Part shown: positions 9,203 through 19,070 of the stretch, piece by piece
Numbering within the stretch: position 1 is the first letter of the stretch
Layout of the letters: each line of letters opens with the position of its first letter
Assembly: GCA_044866005.1 (NCBI GenBank)
Contig: JBIOTN010000148.1
Coordinates: 1 to 49,254 of the forward strand
Direction of reading: 5' to 3'
DNA length: 49,254 bases
Source of the DNA: Candidatus Rokuibacteriota bacterium
GTDB lineage: Bacteria > Methylomirabilota > Methylomirabilia > Rokubacteriales > DASRDR01
Made by a program: the position numbers and the translations under genes
Notes under the pieces: generated by a model
What the model was told of the DNA's origin: nothing
Databases searched by the model: none
What the model saw: the letters and a program-made list of their open reading frames with translations, nothing else

Positions 9203-11086
9203 ATGACCGGCTACGGCGGCCGCCTCCTCCGCGTCGACCTCACCCGCGGGACGAGCGAGATCCACCCGCTCGACGAGCGTCTGGCCCGCGCCTTCCTCGG
9301 CGGCAACGGGCTCGCCGTCCGGCTCCTGTGGGACGCCGCGCCGGCCGGCCTGGACCCGTACGATCCAGCCAACCCGGTGGGGCTGGCGGTCGGCCCCATC
9401 ACCGACACGCTCGTGCCCGGCAACAGCCGCGCCTGCATCGCGACGAAGTCACCCCTGACCGGCCTCTTCTTCGACTCGACCTTCGGCGGCCGCTTCCCCG
9501 CGACGCTCAAGCGGACGGGCTTCGACGCGGTCGTGATCACGGGCCGGGCGCCGCACCCGACCTACCTGGTCGTGAGCGAGACGGGCGCCGTGCTCCGCGA
9601 CGCGCGAGCCCTCTGGGGCCGGACCACGCGGGAGGCGGTCGAGGCGATCCAGGGCGCCGAAGGCCCCGACGCCGACGCGCTCGCCATCGGCCCGGCCGGC
9701 GAGCGAGGCGTCCGCTTCGCGTGCCTGGCGCACTACTGGAAGAACCGGGAGGGCGTGGCGGGCCGGGGCGGCATCGGTGCCGTCTGCGGCGCCAAGCAGC
9801 TCAAGGCGATCTGCGTCACCGGCGCGCGGAAGACCGCGGTGGCCGATCCGGCGCGGCTCAAGCGGCTCGTCGAGGAGACCCGCGAGCCGATGAAGACGGG
9901 CACCCGGAACCTCACCATCTACGGGACGCCGTTCCTCACGGGGCCGATCAACGCGCTCGGCGCGCTGGGCGCCTACAACCTCCGCCAGGAGGTGTACGCC
10001 GAGGCGGAAGTGCTCGACGGCCGCTCCCTCAAGGAGCACTACCACGATCGCGACACGACGTGCCTCAAGTGCCCGGTGGCCTGCGGCAAGCAGTTCGCGG
10101 TGCCCGACGCCGTGCCGGTCTACGGAGGGACCCGCGGGAAGATGCCGGAGTACGAGACGCTCTTCGCCTTCGGCTCGATGCTCGGCAACGCGAACGCGCC
10201 GAGCATCGTGCAGGCCAACATCCTGTGCGACCTCCTGGGCCTCGACTCGATCTCCATGGGCGTCACGCTCGCGTTCGTGGCGGAGTGCCTCGAGCTGGGC
10301 CTCCTCCGTCCCCAGGACGTCGGCGTCCCCTTCGGCTGGGGCGACCACGCGGGCCTGATCCGGCTCATCGAGCTGACGGCGCGGCGGGAGGGGTTCGGCG
10401 ATCGCCTCGCCGAGGGCTCCCGACGGCTCGCCGCCGAGATCGGCCGGGAGGCCGAGCGGCTCCCCTACGCGGTCAAGGGGCTCGAGCTCCCCGCGCACTC
10501 GGCGCGCGCGCTGAAGGGCATGTCCATCGGCTACGCCACGGCGACGCGCGGCGGCAGCCACCACGACACGCGTCCGACGCCGCAGTACGCGCCGGGCTTC
10601 GATCGGCGCTCGACCGAGGACAAGCCCGCTTTCGCCGTGAAGAGCCAGCACTTCACCGCCGTGGACGACAGCCTCGTGATGTGCCGCTTCACCTCCGAGC
10701 GCGGCTTCGGCCTCTTCGTCAACGACAGCTACGCCGGCCTGGTCTCCGCCGTGACGGGCTGGGACATGGACGCGGCGGAGCTCGAACGGCTCGGCGAGCG
10801 CGTGGTCAACCTGGAGCGGCTCTTCAACGTCCGGGAAGGGGTTCGGCGCGCCGACGACGTCCTGCCCTGGAAGGTGATGCACGAGCCGATCCCCGATGGA
10901 CCGTCGGCCGGCATGCACTGTCCGCCGGCGGAGCTCGCCGCGATGCTCGACGCCTACTATGCCCTGCGCGGGTGGGACGCGGACGGCGTCCCCACCCCCG
11001 AGCGGGTCGCGGCGCTCGGGCTCGGCCATCTCGCCGGCGCGCCGCAGGGCCCGAGCCCCGCCGCTGCGTCCGCGCCCGTCCCTTAG
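9203..11086 (+). CDS. aor: Aldehyde:ferredoxin oxidoreductase family protein (W/Mo-bis-pterin, 4Fe-4S)
   Basis: LRVDLT, FLGGNGL, KSPLTG, IGPAGE, AGRGGIGAV, CLKCPVACGK, PEYET, CDLLGLDSIS, YYALRGWD. Confidence 0.92.
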   Translation: MTGYGGRLLRVDLTRGTSEIHPLDERLARAFLGGNGLAVRLLWDAAPAGLDPYDPANPVGLAVGPITDTLVPGNSRACIATKSPLTGLFFDSTFGGRFPATLKRTGFDAVVITGRAPHPTYLVVSETGAVLRDARALWGRTTREAVEAIQGAEGPDADALAIGPAGERGVRFACLAHYWKNREGVAGRGGIGAVCGAKQLKAICVTGARKTAVADPARLKRLVEETREPMKTGTRNLTIYGTPFLTGPINALGALGAYNLRQEVYAEAEVLDGRSLKEHYHDRDTTCLKCPVACGKQFAVPDAVPVYGGTRGKMPEYETLFAFGSMLGNANAPSIVQANILCDLLGLDSISMGVTLAFVAECLELGLLRPQDVGVPFGWGDHAGLIRLIELTARREGFGDRLAEGSRRLAAEIGREAERLPYAVKGLELPAHSARALKGMSIGYATATRGGSHHDTRPTPQYAPGFDRRSTEDKPAFAVKSQHFTAVDDSLVMCRFTSERGFGLFVNDSYAGLVSAVTGWDMDAAELERLGERVVNLERLFNVREGVRRADDVLPWKVMHEPIPDGPSAGMHCPPAELAAMLDAYYALRGWDADGVPTPERVAALGLGHLAGAPQGPSPAAASAPVP

Positions 11087-11180
11087 AGGTCTGGCCGGCC
11101 CGCTCCGTGCCGGTCCTGGGGGGAGGCAGGCCCGATCCGTTCGCCGAGAAGCGAACGGCCCGGCTTTGCCGGGAGGGCCG

Positions 11181-11208
11181 TCGGAGGGGGGCAAACGCCC
11201 CTCTCCGA
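11181..11208. repeat. REP-like palindrome, copy 3
   Basis: TCGGAGGGGGGC-AAAC-GCCCCTCTCCGA between convergent genes. Confidence 0.65.
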
Positions 11209-11218
11209 AGAGAAAGTC

Positions 11219-11608
11219 TCAGCAGCGGGCCGCGTCGTCGATCAGCAGGGTGACCTGGCCGGTGGCCGGGTCGTAGTCGTAATCGTTCCCCTCGCACTGG
11301 AAGTTCGGCTGCGGATGGAGGAGCGCCGAGACGGCTTCCTTGCTCGCCGGCCACTGGCCGTTCTGCGCGTAGTAGATCTGGAGCGAGCCGCGGATCGCGG
11401 CGACGGTCGCCCGGTCCGCGGTGAGGCGGGCCTGGGACAGCGGCCGCTCCTGCTGGACCTTCTCCAGGGTCTTCGTGGTCGACCCGATGTACCAGTAGAG
11501 GACGGCGCCCACGATCGCGACCACGACGAGCGTGATCGCGATCTCCACGAGGCTGAACCCCGCTGGTGTCCGGTCGGTCCCGCGCTCGCGCGCGCCATCG
11601 GTGATCAT
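11219..11608 (-). CDS. Type IV pilin-like / pseudopilin protein
   Basis: Class III signal AG|FSLVEIAITLVVVAIVG; two C-terminal Cys; SD GGAGG before the ATG at 11608. Confidence 0.8.
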   Translation of the reverse strand: MITDGARERGTDRTPAGFSLVEIAITLVVVAIVGAVLYWYIGSTTKTLEKVQQERPLSQARLTADRATVAAIRGSLQIYYAQNGQWPASKEAVSALLHPQPNFQCEGNDYDYDPATGQVTLLIDDAARC

Positions 11609-11729
11609 CGCGCCTCCCCGGCTGCCGGCGCCCACCCCGCCTGGGCCGCCTGGGCCGATAGTATACGCGCCGGACGGCCGTGGGCAGGCATTCGGCGCGC
11701 GCGGCGGCCGGGCGGCCGAGGGGGCCGGA

Positions 11730-11738
11730 TGCTATAAT
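11730..11738 (+). promoter_or_regulatory. Extended -10 promoter
   Basis: TG-C-TATAAT consensus upstream of SD GGAGG (11761) and ATG 11772. Confidence 0.65.
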
Positions 11739-11771
11739 GGGCCGTACCTTCGAACCCAGAGGAGGCGGCCG

Positions 11772-12101
11772 ATGGCGCTCTACATCATGCTCTCGACGCT
11801 CTCCGAGACCGGGCGGAAGGTCATCCGCAAGCTGCCCGGCACCATCCGCAAGGTCAACGAGGAGGTCGGGCGGATGGGCGTCAAGGTCCTCGCGCAGTAC
11901 GCCGTCCTCGGCCCCTACGACTTCGTCACGGTGATCGAGGCGCCGGACAACGAGACGGTCGCCAAGGTCTCGATGGAGCTGGGGGCCCGGGGGTCGGTCC
12001 AGATGATGACGATGGCGGCGATTCCCGTGGACAGCTTCATCAAGCGCATCGCGCGACGGCCGGGCGGGAACGGCCGGATGAGCCCTCGCCGCAAGCGCTG
12101 A
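11772..12101 (+). CDS. GYD domain-containing protein
   Basis: [36 protein letters not shown] pattern; strong SD. Confidence 0.85.
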   Translation: MALYIMLSTLSETGRKVIRKLPGTIRKVNEEVGRMGVKVLAQYAVLGPYDFVTVIEAPDNETVAKVSMELGARGSVQMMTMAAIPVDSFIKRIARRPGGNGRMSPRRKR

Positions 12102-12207
12102 GCCGCGGCGGCGCGCCGCCCGGGGCGCCGTCCGTGGAGGAGGGGGTTCCCGCCCCGCCCGTCCGCTCCGCTCCGGCCCGGCCGCGCCGATGCCACGGAG
12201 CCTCTGC

Positions 12208-13860
<1,653 letters not shown>

Positions 13861-14005
13861 TGTTCCGCACGTCGAGCCGGGCCCCGGCCGACGTGCGGAA
13901 TCCCGAAGCGCCGTGCGCCAGGGAGGCGCCCGTGCCGAGCGCCGACACTGCGATCGCCCAAGATCTCAGGCTGCTCGCACGCAACTGCCGGAAGCGCTTG
14001 TTCAT

Positions 14006-14078
14006 CAGCGATGGCCCCGCCTTGGTGCCCGTGCTTGCCGATGCGCCCTCCCAAAATCTCCCTTCAGCCTCGTCTACC
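14006..14078 (+). repeat. Degenerate duplicate of a ParE-like toxin segment (partner at 14363..14435)
   Basis: 73-bp ungapped alignment, 61/73 identical by eye. Confidence 0.8.
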
Positions 14079-14112
14079 AAGGCCTCGAACGCGGACTCGT
14101 GGTAGCATCACG

Positions 14113-14235
14113 GCATGGATGGTCGAAGTCGAGCGTCGCATGGCCGAGCTCGACTCCGGTGCTGTCCAGACGATCCCGTGGGATGAGGTGAAAGCGCGGC
14201 TCTACGGCAGTTCGCGTGGCCCGGGCCGCCGTTAG
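14113..14235 (+). pseudogene. C-terminal fragment of an addiction-module antitoxin (TIGR02574/unstable-antitoxin-like)
   Basis: AWMVEVERRMAELDSGAVQTIPWDEVKARL matches the family C-terminus; no credible N-terminus; overlaps the toxin start. Confidence 0.7.
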
Positions 14236-14505
14236 ATTTCATCCCGAAGCCGCCGTCGAGGCAGAAGCCGCTTTCGGGTGGTACGCGGAGCGCAACGCCG
14301 CGGCCGCGCACGGGTTCCGCGAGGAGTTGCGGCATGCCGTCGAGGCGGTGGCCGAGTTACCGCAGCGATGGCCCCGTCTCGGTACCCATGCTCGCCGATA
14401 CGTCTTTCCGAAATTCCCCTTCAGCCTCGTCTACCGACCTCACAACGATGAGGTGGAGGTCGTGGGCCGGGATACTGGCACTCCCGCTTGCGGCCTGTCT
14501 CGTGA
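14216..14505 (+). pseudogene. RelE/ParE-family toxin, frameshifted
   Basis: VRFHPEAAVEAEAAFGWYAER...FPFSLVYR..VEVV. The family tail PGYW...stop (14467..14505) lies in another frame, and the intervening AVAH-like residues are missing. Confidence 0.75.
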
Positions 14506-14516
14506 CGACGACAGCA

Positions 14517-14555
14517 GCCCACGGCCTGCAACCGCGACTGATGCGGGCGGTAGGC
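14517..14555 (+). mobile_element. Degenerate attC-like remnant 1
   Basis: GCCC-ACGGCCTGCAACCG-CGACTGATGCGGGCGGTAGGC, starting 11 nt after the toxin's natural stop; ends in GGTAGGC, one mismatch from GTTRRRY. Confidence 0.4.
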
Positions 14556-14642
14556 GGGATCGCAGAGACTTGGGGCCAGCATGACGAGCAGTCTGGTTGA
14601 CGCAGGCGGTTGATTGCCGCCTGACCGGAGGGGCCGAGGGGA

Positions 14643-15140
14643 ATGCGCTACTCGATGCTCAACACGTTCGAGCAGGACCGGCTCCTGTCGGACCTTCAGG
14701 CCATGCCGGCTTTCCTGGAGGCCTCGTTCGGAGCGATGTCGCCATCCGAGGCCGTGACGCCGGGACCGAATGACACGTTCGCCCCCGTTGAACACTGTTG
14801 GCACCTCGCTGATCTCGAGCGCGAAGGATACGCGGCTCGAATCCGTCGGCTTCGGGAGGAAGCCGATCCCTGGCTGCCCGATTTCGATGGCGCCACGATC
14901 GCGAGAGAGCGGGACTACAGATCGCGGTCGCTCGCTGCCGGCATCGCGGCGTTCCGGGCGGCGCGACTCGAGAACCTGTCCGCCCTTCGGACGCTGACGC
15001 CGGAGGACTGGATGCGCCCTGGGACGCAAGAAGGCGTTGGCGGGATCAGACTGTGCGACATTCCGGCGATGATGGCCGAGCACGACGCATCGCACCGGCA
15101 GGAAATCCAGGCGTGGCTGGAAGCCCGGCTCTCGAGATGA
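14643..15140 (+). CDS. DinB/YfiT-like putative metalloprotein
   Basis: EHCWHLADLE, FRAARLENL, DW.R.G and AEHDASHRQEI His motifs; SD GAGGGG. Confidence 0.85.
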   Translation: MRYSMLNTFEQDRLLSDLQAMPAFLEASFGAMSPSEAVTPGPNDTFAPVEHCWHLADLEREGYAARIRRLREEADPWLPDFDGATIARERDYRSRSLAAGIAAFRAARLENLSALRTLTPEDWMRPGTQEGVGGIRLCDIPAMMAEHDASHRQEIQAWLEARLSR

Positions 15141-15145
15141 GCCGC

Positions 15146-15197
15146 GTCGAGCCGCGGTCTGCAGCCGACGCGCTTCACGCGCGGCCGCGGCCGAGCG
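15146..15197 (+). mobile_element. Degenerate attC-like remnant 2
   Basis: GTCGAGC..CTGCAGCCGACGCGCTTCACGCGCGGC imperfect hairpin with an unpaired base, right after the DinB stop. Confidence 0.4.
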
Positions 15198-15209
15198 ACC
15201 GGCCCGGCA

Positions 15210-16457
15210 TTGACGCAAGCCGCTGATCTCCTCCTGACCGGGGCGGCCGAGCTCCTCACCCTCGAGCCCACGCTGGGCGACGGGCCCCTGGGGGTGATCC
15301 GCGACGGGGCCCTCGCCGCTGCCGAGGGGCGGATCGTCTGGGTCGGCCGGACGGCGGAGGCGGGGCGCGCCGTGGCGCTCCGGCCGGACGGCGTCGAGCG
15401 CGCCGCGCGGGGGCAGGTCGTCCTCCCGGGCTTCGTCGACTCCCACACCCATCTCGTCTTCGCCGGCTCGCGCGAGCAGGAGTTCGCGCGGCGGATCGCG
15501 GGGGCGAGCTACCAGGAGATCGCGGCGGCCGGCGGAGGCATCCGCGCGACCGTCGCGGCGACCCGGGCCGCCAGCGTCGACGAGCTCTGCGCGGCGGCCC
15601 GGCGGCGGCTCGACCTGGCGCTCGCGCACGGGACGACGACGCTCGAGGCCAAGTCCGGCTACGGCCTCCGGACGGCGGACGAGCTGAAGATGCTGGAGGC
15701 GATCCGCCGCCTGCGCGGCGCCCATCCGGTCGAGGTGGCCGCGACCTTCTGCGGCGCCCACGAGGTCCCGGCCGAGTTCGCGGGGAACGCGGACGGGTAC
15801 GTGGACCTCGTCGTCCAGGAGATGCTCCCCGCGGTCGCGCGCCAGGGGATCGCGGAGCACTGCGACGTCTTTTGCGAGGCCGGCGTCTTCTCGGTGGCCC
15901 AGGCGCGCCGGATCCTCGTGGCCGCGGCCGGGTACGGGCTCCGGGCCAAGCTCCACGCCGACGAGTTCGCCGCGACGGGGGGCGCCGAGCTGGCCGCGGA
16001 GCTCGGCGCCCTGTCGGCGGACCATCTCCTGAGGGCGCGACCGGAGGCCCTCCGCGCGATGAAGGCCGCCGGTGTCACCGCCACGCTGCTCCCCGGCACC
16101 GCGTTCTTCCTGGGCCTCCCGTACGCCCCCGCGCGCGCCTTCCTCGAGACGGGCGTCCGCGTCGCGCTGGCGACCGACTTCAATCCCGGCTCCTCCTACA
16201 CGCCCAACATGCAGCTCATCCTGACGCTCGCCTGCACCCAGATGCGGATGACGGTGGAGGAGGCCATCGAGGCCGCGACACTCGGCGGGGCCCACGCGCT
16301 CGGGCGCGAGCGGCACGTGGGCTCGCTCCGGCCCGGCAAGGCCTGCGACGTGGCCGTCCTCGACGTCCCGAACTACTACCACCTGCCGTACCTCTACGGC
16401 GTGAATCACGTGGCCACCGTGGTGAAGCGCGGGCGGGTGGTGTGGCCGCCGCGCTGA
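15210..16457 (+). CDS. hutI: Imidazolonepropionase
   Basis: PGFVDSHTHLVFAG, EAKSGYGL, DVFCE, KLHADE, SADHL, ALATDFNPGS; TTG start. Confidence 0.95.
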   Translation: MTQAADLLLTGAAELLTLEPTLGDGPLGVIRDGALAAAEGRIVWVGRTAEAGRAVALRPDGVERAARGQVVLPGFVDSHTHLVFAGSREQEFARRIAGASYQEIAAAGGGIRATVAATRAASVDELCAAARRRLDLALAHGTTTLEAKSGYGLRTADELKMLEAIRRLRGAHPVEVAATFCGAHEVPAEFAGNADGYVDLVVQEMLPAVARQGIAEHCDVFCEAGVFSVAQARRILVAAAGYGLRAKLHADEFAATGGAELAAELGALSADHLLRARPEALRAMKAAGVTATLLPGTAFFLGLPYAPARAFLETGVRVALATDFNPGSSYTPNMQLILTLACTQMRMTVEEAIEAATLGGAHALGRERHVGSLRPGKACDVAVLDVPNYYHLPYLYGVNHVATVVKRGRVVWPPR

Positions 16458-17785
16458 GCGCGCCGGGCGGGTCGCCCGGGCGGCTCCTCGTCCCCGAGCG
16501 CTGCTACGCCGGCGGCGCCGTCCGCGACGGGTGGGCCGTCCGGGTCGAGAACGGCCGCATCACGGCCGTCGGGCCCGAGCCGGACCTCGCCGCGCCCGGG
16601 GCCGACCGCCTCGCGCTTCCGGGGCGCGTCCTGCTGCCGGGGGGCGTCAACGCCCACACCCATGCCTTCCAGTCGCTGCTCCGCGGCCTCGGCGACGATC
16701 TCGACTTCGTGAGCTGGCGCGACCGGGTGCTCTACCCGTTCTCGCGCCGGCTCGACGCGCGCGCCATCGAGCTCGGCGCGGCCTTCGCCTTCGCCGAGAT
16801 GCTGCGGCACGGCATCACCACGGTGGTGGACTTCTTCTACATCCAGGGCGGCGGGAACGCGAACGCGGAGGCGGTCGTGCGGGCCGCGAAGCGGGTGGGG
16901 ATCCGCCTCGTCCTGGCGCGGGCGTTCTACGACTGGGAGGGCGCGCCGCCCGAGTACCGTGAGACGCCCGCCGAGGCCACCGAGCGCTGCCGCGCCCTCA
17001 TGGCGCGGTACGCCGGCGACCCGACCGTCACCGTGCAGCCGGCCCCGCACAGCCTCCACGGCGCCTCGCCCGAGATGGTGCGCGCGGGGGCCGAGGTCGC
17101 CGGTGCCGCCGGCGTCCCCTTCCACATCCACGTGGCGGAGTACCGCGGGGAGCGCGAGGCCGTCGCGGCGCGGCACGGGTTCACGCCGGTCCGGTACCTC
17201 GACAAGCTCGGCGTGCTGGGACCCCGGCTGATCGGGGTCCACTGCGTCTGGCTCGACGAGGGCGAGCTCGCGCTCCTCGCCGAGCGCGGCGCGCGGGTCG
17301 CCTACTGTCCTTCGGCCAACATGATCCTCGGGGACGGGGTGACGCGGCTCCGCGAGATGCGCGCGCTCGGGATCCCGGTGGCGCTCGGAACCGACGGCGG
17401 GTGCACGAACAACCGGCTCTCGGTCTTCGAGGAGATGCGGATGGCGGCGTTGCTCCAGAAGGTCACGCACCTCGACGGCAGCGCCTTCACCGCGGAGGAG
17501 GCCTTTCGCCTCGGCACGGCCGGCGGCGGCGAGGTGCTCGGCTTGCCGGTCGGGGAGATCGCGCCGGGCCGGCTCGCCGACCTCGTCGCGCTCGACCTCG
17601 GCCATCCCTCGCTCCACCCGCCGCTCCGGCTCCTGAAGAACGTCGTCTACGCGCTCTCGCCGCAGGCCATCGCCGACGTCTGGGTGCATGGCGTGCGCGC
17701 GGTCGAGCGCGGCCGGCTCCTCACGGTCGACGAGGCGGGGCTGCTGGCGGAGGTCCGCGCCCTCACGCGCGGCTGGACCATCTGA
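16442..17785 (+). CDS. Amidohydrolase, probable formiminoglutamate deiminase (HutF-like)
   Basis: NAHTHAFQ, APHSLH, HIHVAE, HCVW and GTDG motifs; overlaps the end of hutI; start uncertain (GTG 16442). Confidence 0.75.
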   Translation: MAAALSAPGGSPGRLLVPERCYAGGAVRDGWAVRVENGRITAVGPEPDLAAPGADRLALPGRVLLPGGVNAHTHAFQSLLRGLGDDLDFVSWRDRVLYPFSRRLDARAIELGAAFAFAEMLRHGITTVVDFFYIQGGGNANAEAVVRAAKRVGIRLVLARAFYDWEGAPPEYRETPAEATERCRALMARYAGDPTVTVQPAPHSLHGASPEMVRAGAEVAGAAGVPFHIHVAEYRGEREAVAARHGFTPVRYLDKLGVLGPRLIGVHCVWLDEGELALLAERGARVAYCPSANMILGDGVTRLREMRALGIPVALGTDGGCTNNRLSVFEEMRMAALLQKVTHLDGSAFTAEEAFRLGTAGGGEVLGLPVGEIAPGRLADLVALDLGHPSLHPPLRLLKNVVYALSPQAIADVWVHGVRAVERGRLLTVDEAGLLAEVRALTRGWTI

Positions 17786-17791
17786 CTCTGC

Positions 17792-17853
17792 CGGAGGGGG
17801 CCTCGGCGGCGCCCTCCGATGCCTCCCCCCCCTCAAAGGGTTGGGTGGGTGGG
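17792..17853. repeat. REP-like element, copy 4 (inverted relative to copy 1)
   Basis: Reverse complement closely matches 1623..1683; lies between convergent genes. Confidence 0.75.
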
Positions 17854-17921
17854 ATCGCCGGCAAAGCCGGCGCGCGGAGCGGACCGTCGTCCGGTGGGCG
17901 GTTCCCCGGGACGGGGAACGC

Positions 17922-19070
17922 TCAGCCCGGCAGGGCGCGGAGGCCTCGGGAGACGAGCTGGAGGGCGCGCCGCGCGGGGAGCAGCCAGCGGGGGCAGGCG
18001 GGGAACACCTCCGCGAGCACCTCGCGCCGCGGGAAGCCGAGCTCGAGGAGATAGCCGAGCCGGTCTCCGACACGCGGGATCGAAAACACCTCCACGAGCT
18101 CGCCCAGCGGCTCCCTGACCTTGCGGCTCACGACGCGCCCGACGAACGCACGCTCGACCCGGGTCGGGCGTGGCAGCCGGGCGAGCACGTCGTCGGGGAT
18201 CTCGACCCGGAGGAGCGTCCGGGCCGCGAGGAGCGCGTAGGCCAGGGCGCGCGCCGCGCCCGCGGCCTCGGCGCGGCCCACGAGCTCGTCCCATTCCACG
18301 TGCCGCAGGACGAGGCCCAGGTCGACGACCCAGATCAGCCGGGAAAACGAGTGCTTCAGGGCGTGGACGGCGAGGTGCAGGACCTGATCGGGCGGCGAGA
18401 GGACCAGCGTCGCGTCGCTCGGGCCGACGGGGATCGCGTCGCGCCAGAGCGCCGCCTCGTCGAAGCGGAAGGCGAGCCGCCGCCGCCGGATCCGCGCCCC
18501 GCCGATCAGGTCGGTGTGGAGGTCGAACATCACCGACCCGTTGGCCAGCACGGTCGGCGAGGCGTCGAGAGGCCGGAAGCCCTGCTGCCGGAGCAGCTCG
18601 ACGAGTGCGCCGACGTCGGCCGAGCGCACGAGGAGATCGAGATCGCTCAGCGGGCGGACCCCGGGGTGGGTCCGGTACACGGTCTCGATCAGCGCCCCGC
18701 CCTTGAGGAGGATCGCCTGGAGGCCCCGCTGCTGGAGCCGGTCGCGGAGCGCCGACAGCTCGGCGAACAACGCGCCGTTGCAGGCGAGGTTCCCGCGAAG
18801 CGCCTGGCTGAAGGGCTCGAGGGGGAGGTCGAGGGGGTGCCGTCGGGCGACCCGCGCGAGCTCGACGGCGAGGAGTCCGCTCATCCCTTCCGCCGCGGCC
18901 CGCGCGCGGAGGCGCGTCCAGTCGAGGGGACGGCGGCACCATGCGAGGGCGTCGTCATCCTCGGCGGTACCGAGGAACCAGCGAGCCACGGTCAGGAGGA
19001 ACTCGAGCTCGGGTCTCTCGGCCGCCCGACGTTCTCCCTTATCGACAGTTACAGGTGCCGGGGCCCCCAC
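17922..19070 (-). CDS. Uncharacterised nucleotidyltransferase (NTP_transf_5-like)
   Basis: ILLKGGAL..Y....RPLSDLDLLV, FDLH, HLAVHALKH and LIWVVDL motifs. Start uncertain (GTG 19118, 19070 or 18989). Confidence 0.85.
   Translation of the reverse strand: MGAPAPVTVDKGERRAAERPELEFLLTVARWFLGTAEDDDALAWCRRPLDWTRLRARAAAEGMSGLLAVELARVARRHPLDLPLEPFSQALRGNLACNGALFAELSALRDRLQQRGLQAILLKGGALIETVYRTHPGVRPLSDLDLLVRSADVGALVELLRQQGFRPLDASPTVLANGSVMFDLHTDLIGGARIRRRRLAFRFDEAALWRDAIPVGPSDATLVLSPPDQVLHLAVHALKHSFSRLIWVVDLGLVLRHVEWDELVGRAEAAGAARALAYALLAARTLLRVEIPDDVLARLPRPTRVERAFVGRVVSRKVREPLGELVEVFSIPRVGDRLGYLLELGFPRREVLAEVFPACPRWLLPARRALQLVSRGLRALPG

Noticed and set aside
14006..14435. TR/VR pair of a diversity-generating retroelement
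   Set aside because: Mismatches are not adenine-specific (mixed C/T and A/G in both directions) and there is no reverse transcriptase in the window.
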